NCBI GenBank assembly: GCA_965222115.1
Contig: CBDCTJ010000007.1
Coordinates: 1,344,001-1,408,000, forward strand
DNA length: 64,000 nucleotides
Origin: Planctomycetota bacterium
GTDB taxonomy: Bacteria; Planctomycetota; PLA2; JAEUHO01
Reading direction: 5' to 3'
A program made the translations under genes and the position numbers. Below are positions 1-10,327 of the stretch, piece after piece (position 1 is the first letter of the stretch; every line of letters starts with the position of its first letter). The notes under the pieces were generated by a model. It saw only the letters and a list, made by a program, of their open reading frames with translations. It made no database searches and was not told the origin of the DNA.

Positions 1-1
1 G

Positions 2-1150
2 AATCACGAGGCAGATTCGGAAAACGAGGCCGGCCGTGTTGCAAGTTTGTTACCGCGCATTCAAGCCACATGGGCCTGGAAGGAATGGAGCGCATTACTG
101 GGTACGCCCAATGACGCATCGCCTTTGGTCCTCCAGCGAGCGATTGTGGCGACGACCAGTCGGTCGAACGATACTGGATTCCTTCGGTTTCTCGTTGAGC
201 GTGTATACGACCGCAAGTTGCCGCTCACCCATCGCGCGTTTCTTTTGGAAGCGCTGGGCACCCACGCCAGCGCACTCGCGCTTGCCGAACTTTCGCGCCA
301 TCGACCCAAGGCGCATTGGCTCATTCAGGCAAGTTGTTCTCGCGGACTTGGCTACCGCCGCGACTTCCGACGTGTACCGCCGCTGTTACGCATGTTGAAA
401 TCGTCCCATCGGGCCGTACAAGTTCAGGCCTGGGAATCACTCGTGCGTGTGACGAGACAACCACTGAAGTTTGATGTGAAGATATGGGACTCTTGGTGGG
501 AAACGTATCAAGCGAGCATGCGCAAGACGCCGAGTGGGCGCAAGGGTGCAGGTGAGCGTTCACGCTACGCCATCGACGCGCCGCCCCACATTCCGCATTA
601 CTACGGAATTCCCATTCCTCGACGCAAGAGCGGTGTTGTGTTCTGTCTCGATGTAAGCCAAAGCATGTACGGCTTTGGGATCGCCGCGGCGCGTCGTGAA
701 TTGCGTAAGTCCCTCCTCGATTTTCCCAGCACGCATCGATTTCAAATCATTGGGTTCCATCAACGTGTGCTGCCATGGCGAGACACCTTGTCGCCTGCGC
801 ATCCCGTGCAGAAATACCTCGCTCTCAAGTGGGCCGACGCCCTTGAGACCATCGCCTACACCAATATCTATGACGCGGTCGAACTCGCATTCGGCTACGC
901 GGGGCGCGGACGGAAGGCCGTGGCGCGTCCCGTTCGAGTCGATGAGATTTTCCTGCTTTCCGATGGCGCACCCAATCGCGGCGCCTACCGCGCCAGCCGC
1001 TTGATCGTGAAGCACTTGAAGGCACTCGCACAGCCTGAAGACAAACGGGCTATTCCGATCCACACCGTCGCCGCGGGCGAGTCCGTGTATGAACTTCTTG
1101 ATGATCTTGCCACCGCGACGGGCGGAACTTTTGTGGATGCCTACGAGTGA
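2..1150 (+). CDS. HEAT-repeat/VWA domain protein (5'-partial)
   Basis: Frame is open from the window edge. C-terminal VWA MIDAS motifs DVSQSM, TNIYDA and LSDG follow helical HEAT-like repeats. Confidence 0.8.
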   Translation, partial: NHEADSENEAGRVASLLPRIQATWAWKEWSALLGTPNDASPLVLQRAIVATTSRSNDTGFLRFLVERVYDRKLPLTHRAFLLEALGTHASALALAELSRHRPKAHWLIQASCSRGLGYRRDFRRVPPLLRMLKSSHRAVQVQAWESLVRVTRQPLKFDVKIWDSWWETYQASMRKTPSGRKGAGERSRYAIDAPPHIPHYYGIPIPRRKSGVVFCLDVSQSMYGFGIAAARRELRKSLLDFPSTHRFQIIGFHQRVLPWRDTLSPAHPVQKYLALKWADALETIAYTNIYDAVELAFGYAGRGRKAVARPVRVDEIFLLSDGAPNRGAYRASRLIVKHLKALAQPEDKRAIPIHTVAAGESVYELLDDLATATGGTFVDAYE

Positions 1151-1167
1151 TCTGCGACAGTGCGCGC

Positions 1168-2275
1168 ATGACGCTCTCCACCGGCGAAGTCCGAGCCCTT
1201 CTGAAGTCCCTGCGGGAACGCTTTGACGCGGTCCGGGGGCGGCTTTGACCTCGTAGGCAAGCAGGCCGAGTTCGCCGAACTCGAAGGCGCCATGGCCGAG
1301 AGTGACTTCTGGGACAATCAAGACAGCGCTCAGAAGACGGTTGAGCGACTCAAGGCCGTCAAAGCCATCATCGAGCCCTGGCTGGCATTCGAATCGCAAC
1401 TCGAAGACGCCGATGTGCTGCTGACCATGGCCGAAGAGGAGAACGACAGCGACACCGTGGCGGAAACGGCGGAGCAAGCGCGGGGACTCGAACGTGAACT
1501 CGAGTCGTTGGAGTTTCGCGCGCTATTGTCGGGCCCTCTCGATGACAAAGGCGCGTTCGTGCAGATTCAAGCCGGCGCGGGTGGCACCGAATCGTGTGAC
1601 TGGGCCGAAATGCTCACTCGCATGTATTCCCGCTGGGGCGAGCGCATGAACTTCGCGGTAAAAGAACTCGATCGTCAGCCCAACGACGAGGCCGGGATTC
1701 GATCGAGTTTGCTTGAGATTCGCGGTGCGTATGTGTTTGGCTACCTAAAGAGCGAAGCCGGTGTGCATCGCCTGGTACGCATTAGCCCTTTTGATTCCCA
1801 GAATCGACGACAGACCACATTTGCATCGGTTGACGTCACGCCGCTTGTGGACGACACCGTCGAGATCGACATCAAAGAATCCGATCTCGACATCACGACC
1901 TATCGCGCTGGCGGCGCCGGTGGGCAGCACGTCAACAAGACGGAGAGCGCGGTTCGTATTCGACACGTGCCCACAGGTGTTGTCGCGGCCTGTCAAAACG
2001 AGCGCAGCCAGCATCGAAATCGAAAAGTCGCGCTGCAAATGCTCAAAGCCAAGTTGCTGCGCCTGGAAGAAGATAAGCGTATGGCCGATCAGACCGTGCG
2101 CTATGACGAGAAGGGCGAAATCGCGTGGGGGAGCCAGATTCGTTCCTACGTCATGCATCCTTATCAAATGGTCAAGGACCACCGCACGTCGCATGAGACG
2201 GGCAATGTGGCTGCGGTGATGGATGGCGACCTAACGAAGTTCATGGAAGCGTGGCTGCGCGATCGACTTCAATAA
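1168..2275 (+). CDS. prfB: Peptide chain release factor 2, programmed +1 frameshift
   Basis: ATG 1168 runs in frame to CTT-TGA-C (1243-1249). The +1 frame carries [11 protein letters not shown] and GGQ motifs. Confidence 0.97.
1235..1249 (+). promoter_or_regulatory. prfB frameshift signal
   Basis: GGGGG (internal SD) + 3-nt spacer + CTT TGA C, the canonical RF2 autoregulatory cassette. Confidence 0.95.
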
Positions 2276-2590
2276 GCGCGCTCCAAAAATGAGCGTGCCC
2301 TCCGCGCAAGGCGAAGGGCGAGCTCAGCTCCAACCGACACAGGCCATTTCAGTATGGGTTGTTGATAGTGGCTGTCGTTGCGAGCGTGCATTCCTTATCG
2401 ACACGTACTTGAGTTTGCTGAGCGCGAATCGAGAATTCGAGCGCCGCAAAACCGCCACATCGCCCAGACAATGCGCGTCTCAGTGCCATGTGTGCATCGA
2501 TGGTGTGTGTCGCTAGGTGTGTGCGCTGCGCGCAAAGCGCCATTCGTTGCGAGTTCAAAATTCGTCGTATGGTCGCGCTACACATTCGGC

Positions 2591-4219
2591 ATGAAACCAG
2601 GCCAAACCAGCACAACCACTTCAGCACCTAACGTCACCATTCGACGCGCGCTTTTGTCCGTGTTTGACAAGTCTGGGCTCGCTGAACTTGGCAAAGCCCT
2701 AGTGAGTCGAGGCGTCGAGTTGATTTCGACGGGTGGAACTGCACGTGTACTTCGCGACGCAGGATTGGACGTCAAGGATGTATCCGACGTCACGGCGTTT
2801 CCGGAAATGATGGATGGCCGTGTCAAGACGCTACACCCAATGATTCACGGCGGCCTGCTAGCTCTGCGCGACAATGACGCACATGTGGCGTCGATGAAGG
2901 AACACGACATCGGCGCGATTGACTTGGTGGTGTGTAATCTCTATCCCTTCGCAGAAACCGTAAAGCGCGAAGGCGCAACATTCCCTGAGATCATTGAACA
3001 AATTGACATTGGCGGTCCGTCGATGGTGCGCAGTGCTGCTAAGAATCATCGATTTGTGTCCATCGTCACCCGCGCCGATCAATACGAGGCGTTGCTCAAT
3101 CAGTTGGAGGCACACGACGGCGCAACCACGGGCGAGTTCCGATGCGCGCTGGCGTTGCAAGCGTTCGCCGAAACCGCTGCCTATGACGGTGCGATCGCGC
3201 GTTGGTTTGCCTCGCAAGACGAAGTCGATGGCTTGCCGCGTTCGATGGGCCCGTCCTACAGAACCTCGGTGCTTCGCTACGGCGAGAATCCTCATCAGAA
3301 GGGTGCGGTCTATGTAGATCCGCTGGCGCCAACGGGAAGTCTTGCGAAGGCGGAAGTGTTGGGCGGGAAAGCGCTCTCGTTCAACAACCTCGGGGACGTC
3401 GATTCTGCCTGGGCGCTGGTACGTGAGTTTGATGGTCCTGCCTGCGCGGTCATTAAACACGGCAATCCATGTGGCGCCGCGGTGAGCGACTCGATCGACG
3501 AAGCCTACGACGCAGCCATGGCATGTGACCCTCGAAGTGCATTCGGTGGCATCGTTGCGCTTAACCGTCCTTTGTCGCCGGCTTTGGCAAAGACCATGGC
3601 CGTTCCCGAGCGCTTTCTCGAAGTGTTGATTGCGCCCGGCATCGATGCCGGTGCCGCCGACGTGTTTCTCGCGAAGGGCGCGCCCAAATGGGGCAAGAAC
3701 TTGCGCATACTCGATGCTAAGACCGCAGGTAGCGATCCGCATGGACTTGATGTGCGCAGCATCGACGGTGGATTCCTAGTTCAAGAACGCGACGACACGG
3801 TTTACGTGGGCGGCAAACCTGAAACCGCAACCAAGCGAGCACCAACCGCGGACGAAACGCGCGATCTCGACCTAGCCTTCCGTGTGTGCAAACACGTGCG
3901 CAGCAACGCCATCGTCTTGGCGCTGGGCGGACGAGCAATAGGCGTGGGCGCGGGCCAAATGTCACGCGTAGAAGCCACCGAAATCGCCGTACTTCGCGCC
4001 GAACGTTACGCAGCCGAAGCCGGCATAACGCTCGACGGCATGGTCGTGGCAAGCGACGCCTTCTATCCCTTCAACGACGCCATCGAGTTGGCCCTCGACG
4101 CCGGCGCCAAAGCCGTCATCCAACCCGGCGGCAGCCGCAACGACAAACGCGCGATTGAACTATGCGACAAGCGCGGCATCGCGATGCAGTTCACAAAGAC
4201 GAGGCATTTTAGGCACTAG
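2591..4219 (+). CDS. purH: Bifunctional AICAR transformylase/IMP cyclohydrolase
   Basis: RRALLSVFDK, GRVKTLHP, IDIGGPSM, RYGENPHQ, ASDAFYPF, IQPGGS and C-terminal RHFRH motifs. Confidence 0.97.
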   Translation: MKPGQTSTTTSAPNVTIRRALLSVFDKSGLAELGKALVSRGVELISTGGTARVLRDAGLDVKDVSDVTAFPEMMDGRVKTLHPMIHGGLLALRDNDAHVASMKEHDIGAIDLVVCNLYPFAETVKREGATFPEIIEQIDIGGPSMVRSAAKNHRFVSIVTRADQYEALLNQLEAHDGATTGEFRCALALQAFAETAAYDGAIARWFASQDEVDGLPRSMGPSYRTSVLRYGENPHQKGAVYVDPLAPTGSLAKAEVLGGKALSFNNLGDVDSAWALVREFDGPACAVIKHGNPCGAAVSDSIDEAYDAAMACDPRSAFGGIVALNRPLSPALAKTMAVPERFLEVLIAPGIDAGAADVFLAKGAPKWGKNLRILDAKTAGSDPHGLDVRSIDGGFLVQERDDTVYVGGKPETATKRAPTADETRDLDLAFRVCKHVRSNAIVLALGGRAIGVGAGQMSRVEATEIAVLRAERYAAEAGITLDGMVVASDAFYPFNDAIELALDAGAKAVIQPGGSRNDKRAIELCDKRGIAMQFTKTRHFRH

Positions 4220-4273
4220 TACTTGAGCAAATCTCCCGTTTCGCGCGCGGAGTCGTCGGCCTTTGCCGAATCG

Positions 4274-6841
4274 CTACTTCTTTCTGTCAATCACGAACTC
4301 TACGTCCGTCAACGTGCCTTCGGTGACAGCGACGTGTCTTGCGGGGGCTCGATCGGGGACGCCTTGCCAGCCGCTTGGAAGCGATACGCGCCACCTGCCT
4401 GGCATGAGCAGGAACTCCGCAGTCCCGTCCAAGTCGGTTTCACCATGGGTTTCGTCAAACACAGTGGAATCGGTTCGTTGCTTGGGGCTATTGCGGTCGG
4501 GGCGCCTTAGAGAAACGCCAACGTTCTCTTGCAATAGGCCCTCTGCGTCTCGAGCCGTTACGCGGAGGGTCCCGCCTCGACTTAGGACAATGCGGCTTGG
4601 ATCGACGTCCTGTGGAGCGTCGTCGCGATAGGTTGCGTCATACAACGGCAAGTATCCATCGACCGTCACTTTATAGGTAAACGGCGCATTCAGAAAGCCG
4701 CCGACTTCAAAACGGCCATCGGCATCCGATATTGCATCCGAGGTAATGGCATGATGGTCGTTGTCGCCGCTATCAGTTACCGATACATGGGCACCAAAGA
4801 TTGGTTCGCCGCGGTCGTTGACGATGCGTCCATCAATAACGATTCCTCGGTTCAGCTCAAGATCAACATCAAATGTACTCGCGTCTGCAGGCACATCGAC
4901 CTGATGGCGAATCAATCGATACCCCGGTGTTCGAACTGCGATATGCCATGTGCCGGGCAAGAGGTTGCGCTCCACGAAGGCTTCGTTCGTGGTTCGGGAA
5001 GACCACGGGACAAGAATCACTTTGTGTCGCCAGCGTATCCAACTTCGCCGTTCGCCACTTGAAGTGCGCACGAACGTCATCACGGATGGTGCGTGGGGTT
5101 GTGATCCCTTTGAGCATCGCAACCGAAACTGAACGGAAACGCGTTGCGCACGTCGAGCAACGATTCGAATCGGAATGCCATCCACGGATACAACGCTCTG
5201 ATCGGAAACGTACGTTCCTTGAGGCCCGAGACCAATCACAGCGCCTTTGGCAACTGATGCGACGAATCGCCCTTCCTTGTTGGTTTCGGCGAGGGGTTCG
5301 CCGATAAGAGAGCGAACCACGACATGAGGCAACGGGGCGTCGCTCTGATCAACCACGACACCTGAGATGGTGAGCTGCTTGGTCGTGTCCCTCGCTCGAA
5401 GCACGTGGTTCTCGTTGCCGTGCGAACCATGAGGAAGTACAAGAGTCACCCTCGTCGTTTCGCCTCGGCGCACTTTGAGCCCCCAACCCTTTTGATTGTC
5501 GTACTTGGCTTGGCCGAACTCATTCGTCGGTGTGTTGGGTCCTGGCCGCGGTTGGAGACCTACGTTGAAGGTTCCTGTGTCGAGCCCCTCGAAGCGCATT
5601 GTCCCATCGGCATCGCTCAATTGTCCGCCTAGCGATCTCCAAGAAGGCGAGCGGCGACTCGCCGAGCCGTACACGTAGGGAATGGGCTTTCCATCTGGAT
5701 CTATGACGCGGACGACGAGCCGCCCTTCTTTCGTCACGACAGGATTCCAATTCGCTTGCGGTATGTCTCGCCCCAAGCGAATGCCCTCACGGTCTGCCGG
5801 TGCGTAGCCAGACTTCCGGGCCGAGACTATGTACGCTACGCCTCGTGCAAGTCCTTCAATCCGATATCGCCCGTGTGCATCGGACGTCGCTACCAACTGA
5901 ACACTCAGACACTTGGTGGCATTCAGATGTGCGAGTGGCGTGTACCAACTTGGCTCTTGCATGGGCCATGCCTTGCTGGCGTCATGGTCGTCGAGTCCAC
6001 CCCATGATCCCGGAAACGCACAGATAGACACGCCTGATACCGGCTTTCCGTTCTCGTTTCGAATCTCTCCGACGACAGAGCCGCCCGTTGGAATGCGAAA
6101 TACGCGTTTTGCGTTGCTAGCAATCGGCTCGTCTTCAAGCGGCCACCACGTGGTGCGTCGTCCTGGCGCATGGATTGCCAACACGTAGCCTCCGCAGGAG
6201 GTCGCCTTCTTGCGAAGCAAGATCGTTGCGTTTCCCTTCTCATCTGTCGTGCCGGCCGGGACGCTGCCTTCAAGTCGGTAGGGTGAGCGATTCATTCGAA
6301 CGAAGCTGCAAGGATGCATCAGCAATTTCGCACCGGTGACGGGACGGTCTGTGCCCAGTTCGACGACTCGAATTTCCATGCGCTGTGCAGGGTGAAGCTC
6401 GACCAACGCGCGTCGAAACGGCGCTCCGCGGACGCTCGAGTTCAGAGCAACGTCCGTCGCGAATCCCTCATGGGACGCCATGACCTGTTTGACTGGGCAC
6501 GGAAGTCGTTGAAAGCGTACGAGGCCGCGTCGATTGGCAGTCTCGCGAACAACGGACTTGCCTTCAAGCGTCGCGTCAACGATGGCACCACCTATGCGAT
6601 GACCCTCCAATGCATCGACGACGAGCACAAGGCATTCGTGGACTTCGCGAGGCGGATCGTTCGTAGCGGGCGATCGTGCAGTCCCCACGAGTTTGACCGA
6701 CTCGTCCGGGCACTGCTCGTTGCGCTCAAGTGTGTCATCCGGCACGATCGAATGTGTGCGGAGACACTTCACGAACATGACAGCTGACGTCACGGCCAAT
6801 GCGACGCCCGCGATGCATAGAACGATCTGCTTGGCAGGCAA
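4274..6841 (-). CDS. Membrane-anchored carboxypeptidase regulatory-like repeat protein
   Basis: N-terminal hydrophobic anchor and repeated 'G.V.D..G.P..GA.V ... TD..GRF' beta-sandwich units. Confidence 0.75.
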   Translation of the reverse strand: MPAKQIVLCIAGVALAVTSAVMFVKCLRTHSIVPDDTLERNEQCPDESVKLVGTARSPATNDPPREVHECLVLVVDALEGHRIGGAIVDATLEGKSVVRETANRRGLVRFQRLPCPVKQVMASHEGFATDVALNSSVRGAPFRRALVELHPAQRMEIRVVELGTDRPVTGAKLLMHPCSFVRMNRSPYRLEGSVPAGTTDEKGNATILLRKKATSCGGYVLAIHAPGRRTTWWPLEDEPIASNAKRVFRIPTGGSVVGEIRNENGKPVSGVSICAFPGSWGGLDDHDASKAWPMQEPSWYTPLAHLNATKCLSVQLVATSDAHGRYRIEGLARGVAYIVSARKSGYAPADREGIRLGRDIPQANWNPVVTKEGRLVVRVIDPDGKPIPYVYGSASRRSPSWRSLGGQLSDADGTMRFEGLDTGTFNVGLQPRPGPNTPTNEFGQAKYDNQKGWGLKVRRGETTRVTLVLPHGSHGNENHVLRARDTTKQLTISGVVVDQSDAPLPHVVVRSLIGEPLAETNKEGRFVASVAKGAVIGLGPQGTYVSDQSVVSVDGIPIRIVARRAQRVSVQFRLRCSKGSQPHAPSVMTFVRTSSGERRSWIRWRHKVILVPWSSRTTNEAFVERNLLPGTWHIAVRTPGYRLIRHQVDVPADASTFDVDLELNRGIVIDGRIVNDRGEPIFGAHVSVTDSGDNDHHAITSDAISDADGRFEVGGFLNAPFTYKVTVDGYLPLYDATYRDDAPQDVDPSRIVLSRGGTLRVTARDAEGLLQENVGVSLRRPDRNSPKQRTDSTVFDETHGETDLDGTAEFLLMPGRWRVSLPSGWQGVPDRAPARHVAVTEGTLTDVEFVIDRKK

Positions 6842-7109
6842 CGTGCGTCCTCAACGAGTGGGCGAGATATATCTTGCGGCGCATAAGAGAACGAAACGGG
6901 TCGGTTGTGGTTCATGGGCGTCCGTTCGTTCGGGGTGGCGTGCCCCCAATCTCGCTAGCAAGCGTTGTGAGAGTCCCAACTTTCTTGCTTCGTGCCTCCG
7001 TGCCAGGCACCCGCCATAGTCGGCTGTTTTCCGCAGTGCGCCCTCCATCCTTTTTCAGCTCTCTGCGCCGCCGCCCAACGGCAATTCTTGGCTGCGAACG
7101 ACAGTTGTG

Positions 7110-7147
7110 TGGCATAAATTGCCATTCAGATGACATAGGGCTATACT
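7110..7147 (+). promoter_or_regulatory. Sigma70-like promoter of parDE with overlapping palindrome
   Basis: TTGCCA (7119-7124) - 17 nt - TATACT (7142-7147), ATG 6 nt downstream. The palindrome TGGCA-TAAAT-TGCCA (7110-7124) overlaps the -35. Confidence 0.7.
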
Positions 7148-7153
7148 GATCGC

Positions 7154-7435
7154 ATGTCAGCCGAAGCCGACGACATGACCACAATGAACGTCTCATTGCC
7201 CAAGCAACTTCGTTCGTTCGTCTCCGAGCGCGCACGGGGGCGGTTTGGTTCCGCGAGTGAGTACATTCGGGAACTCATCCGCAAAGACGAACGGCGCGCT
7301 GCTGAAGAGCAACTCGAAGCCAAGCTGCTGGCCGGACTGGAAAGCGGCGACCCGATTGACGTCACTCCGGAGTTCTGGGAACGCAAGCGAAAGGAGTTAC
7401 TGAAGCGCCATCGTCGCCGAAACGGGTCTTCGTGA
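7154..7435 (+). CDS. parD: ParD-family antitoxin (ribbon-helix-helix)
   Basis: MNVSLP..L..FV...G.F.SASEYIRELIR motif; overlaps the toxin start (GTGA). Confidence 0.9.
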   Translation: MSAEADDMTTMNVSLPKQLRSFVSERARGRFGSASEYIRELIRKDERRAAEEQLEAKLLAGLESGDPIDVTPEFWERKRKELLKRHRRRNGSS

Positions 7436-7743
7436 AAGTCCGCATTTGGCCCGCGGCAGAAGCGGACATCGCCAATGCGGCGGACTACTACGCCGAGAAG
7501 GAAAGCGTAGAGCTTGGCTTGAAGTTCATTGACTCGGTGAATCAAACTATAGAGTCACTCCGAACTCACCCACATCTCGGAGTTCATCTGGAATGGCTAC
7601 GTGGCCCTCTACTCGGATGCCGCCGTTTACCCGTTGCTGCGCCGTTCTCTGCATATCAGATCTTTCACCGGCCCCATCGAAATACGCTTGACGTCATTCG
7701 TGTGCTCCACGCGGCTCGCGACGTTCCCTCGATACTGAGATAG
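7432..7743 (+). CDS. parE: ParE/RelE-family toxin
   Basis: A.ADI...DY..., P.LG and 'Y.IF.R....L.VIRVLHAARD' pattern, directly downstream of the antitoxin. Confidence 0.88.
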   Translation: MKVRIWPAAEADIANAADYYAEKESVELGLKFIDSVNQTIESLRTHPHLGVHLEWLRGPLLGCRRLPVAAPFSAYQIFHRPHRNTLDVIRVLHAARDVPSILR

Positions 7744-8303
7744 CCGCGATTACGAAAATTGATTCCGCACCCGAGGTCAGTGCGAAGCCGGCAAACGCTT
7801 GGGACTCCGGTTGCTCTTGGTCTCCTTGGTGAGAGTCTTCCTATTCAAGGTTTGCCCCGTTTTCAGCGAATAAGCGACTCCGTCAATTGCATTCCCCAAC
7901 GCTTGCGCTTTGTTTCTTAGCGCCCCTTGTGTGAGCCTTTTCTTCTTTTCTTTTGAATTACCGTCCCGCTACAGGCGGTTTGCTTCCGCAATGCGTCGTC
8001 CATAAACATGCCGCTCTCTGCGTCTCCGCATCTCCGCGTCTCTGCGCCTCTGCGCGAATCGAGCTGCGAACGATTTCTCGATTCGTGATCACAGTCCAAA
8101 AAAGGTGTGAATATTGTCCTGGCACCGTGTCGCTTTCGGGCCGCTTCCTTCCGCAAGGCACCTTCCACCAAAATGCCGCCCACTGCGCCTCCGCCACTTA
8201 GCGCCCCTGTGTGAGCTGAACCGCCCACGTCTGGATCAATCCCGGCATTTGCACTGATTCTCCTCTATTCGCGATGCCCGCCGCACCCGGGTACGATACG
8301 CCG

Positions 8304-9944
8304 ATGCACGGGGACTCCTCTCAACAAGCAGCACACTCTTCACTTGTTCCACGCACAGCGTTGCGCGTGATCGTGGGCGCGCTGCTCATGTGCGCATTCG
8401 TATTCGCGTCGGATACAAGCGTATCCGCGAAGGGTGGAGACGATACCGAAGGTGCGATGGGGCTCACGCGCAAGGAATATCGGAAACGTCGCTCTTCACT
8501 TCGCTCGGCGGCGGGACGTTGGATCACAAGTCGCAAGGCGTTTCCATCCAAGTGTCCGTTGTGCAAGGGGTCGGGCTTTCGGTTGAAGAAACGCGGTCGG
8601 CGCATCTTGCGAGTGAAGTGCCATCAGTGCGAAGGCAAAGGGAAGTGGATTTCCCGCAAGCACTACCGCGCTGTGTACTTCGACATGCGCACGCCCAAGT
8701 TTCGATCGATTCCCGACATTCAAGATCAACTCACGACGCAATACAACCAAGTGCGACGCGGAAGTCCCTGGCCGCAACAGTTCTCACGATATCGCTTTCG
8801 ATCCTGGGAACTTGTGGACGCGACGCATGGCATTGTGTGGGTGCTATTTGATGCCGCGCGCGTTCCCCAAGCCACGCGTTGGATTTGGGCGCAGCGCGAA
8901 GGCAGTAAGAAGTCCGCATGGTTTCTTTGGTCGGCGCGCGTGGATGGGGCATGGCCCACGCCCGGCTCCGCGGCCGAAGACGAGAATGACGGGTGGACAC
9001 CGCTGTCGGCGTCCGAGTGGTCCCGACTTCGCAAGACGGTGGTCGAAGCGCAGTTGACGTCGCGCGTGGTGCAGTCGTGGAAACAGGGTGCTGCATTGCG
9101 TGTGCGTTTGGAGCCACGTGGGTTTAACGACGCGCCGCCGTATCCCTATCGTGTTGAACGTGACGCGGGGCGTCTTATTCATGCGCTCTTCATGGTGCAT
9201 CCGGATTGCAAAGCAATTCAAACCGAGTGGAACGTGCCGTGTGTCGATAGCGTTGAGCGCGAGGAGAGTCGCGTGCGCTGGATTGCGACCCTCGATCGCT
9301 CCGCGTTTAAGCCGGACACGTGGAAGGCAACCAAGCGACGCTACTGGGCGAGTTTTCTTACCTGGAGTAACGTCGAGCACGAGGGCTGGAAGCCCAAGCT
9401 GCAGGGAACCGCGCTTGATACGCCCATGCCCGGTTCGGTAGCGCCCCCCGCCAATCCCGCCCCTGAGAAGCCGCCGCCAATACAGCCCACGCCCACACAA
9501 CCAACGCCCACGCAGCCAACGCCGGAGCCCAAAAAGCCGCCGCCCGCCAAGCCCACGCCAAGCCAACCCACGCCGACTCAGCCCACGCCGATGGACGACG
9601 AAGACGAACTCGCCGAACTCCCGGCGCTCACGTCAAAGGCGAAAAAGGCTGCCGCTGAAGTGCTGAAGAAGATCGAGGCCGAGTATCAAGCTGCGGTGAA
9701 GGAAACCAATGAAGGGCGCGAAGCGCGGCGCGCCGGTGCTCACGACGTGTGGCAGGAGAAGATCGACAAGGCGCTCATGCACATCGCGTCCATCGATGAT
9801 CTTTGGTCGGAAGCCCTTGTCCCCGCGATGCCCGGAACGTCCGACCTCGTCCGCGAGGCCGTTGCGGAAGAGCACTTCAGCGACTTCTGGGACAAGGTCT
9901 ACGAGCTCAAAGGTATGTTGCGCAAGATGTCGTCGGTCCGCTGA
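8304..9944 (+). CDS. Exported hypothetical protein with CxxCxGxG zinc-finger pair and Pro/Thr-rich linker
   Basis: Signal-like segment, CPLCKGSG and CHQCEGKG, PTPTQ repeats (about 9480-9590), helical C-terminus. Confidence 0.7.
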   Translation: MHGDSSQQAAHSSLVPRTALRVIVGALLMCAFVFASDTSVSAKGGDDTEGAMGLTRKEYRKRRSSLRSAAGRWITSRKAFPSKCPLCKGSGFRLKKRGRRILRVKCHQCEGKGKWISRKHYRAVYFDMRTPKFRSIPDIQDQLTTQYNQVRRGSPWPQQFSRYRFRSWELVDATHGIVWVLFDAARVPQATRWIWAQREGSKKSAWFLWSARVDGAWPTPGSAAEDENDGWTPLSASEWSRLRKTVVEAQLTSRVVQSWKQGAALRVRLEPRGFNDAPPYPYRVERDAGRLIHALFMVHPDCKAIQTEWNVPCVDSVEREESRVRWIATLDRSAFKPDTWKATKRRYWASFLTWSNVEHEGWKPKLQGTALDTPMPGSVAPPANPAPEKPPPIQPTPTQPTPTQPTPEPKKPPPAKPTPSQPTPTQPTPMDDEDELAELPALTSKAKKAAAEVLKKIEAEYQAAVKETNEGREARRAGAHDVWQEKIDKALMHIASIDDLWSEALVPAMPGTSDLVREAVAEEHFSDFWDKVYELKGMLRKMSSVR

Positions 9945-10327
9945 TTCGATGAGGCCGCGGTAGCGTCTACGCGAGTCGATTGTGGTCGCTTGTGATAGGT
10001 TTTCGGGGTCGCTTGCGAGTGGGTGCAGCCGAGGCTGCGTCGGCTCGCGGGCGAAATCTACTGGATCGCACGTCGTAGTTCGCGGGTAGGTTCGGGCACT
10101 GGACCGGACCGCCACGCGACAGGCTGCAACCGACACGCAACGCGTGGGCATGAACCTGGATCATGGAAGCGAACCGAGCTTCGATGGTGCCATCAGTCGT
10201 AGTCATGAACTAGCGATCGAGTACGACCCAACTTCCGCCCCTTCGCCGCCACGACGGCGAACAACATTCATAGAAGGCCCGCGCTTGCACGAACCGGTTG
10301 TGGCGTGTGCCCTTCGCCTTGGACACT

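Noticed and set aside
1221-1227. Second CTTTGAC upstream of the prfB shift site
   Set aside because: It is read as CGC TTT GAC in the coding frame, so the TGA is out of frame.
2276-2590. Possible ZMP/ZTP riboswitch before purH
   Set aside because: I could not find the conserved elements by eye; an Infernal/Rfam scan would settle it.
9960-10300. GC-rich hairpins upstream of rnc as a possible ncRNA or autoregulatory stem
   Set aside because: Hairpins of this size are expected at this GC content, and I recognise no RNA family.
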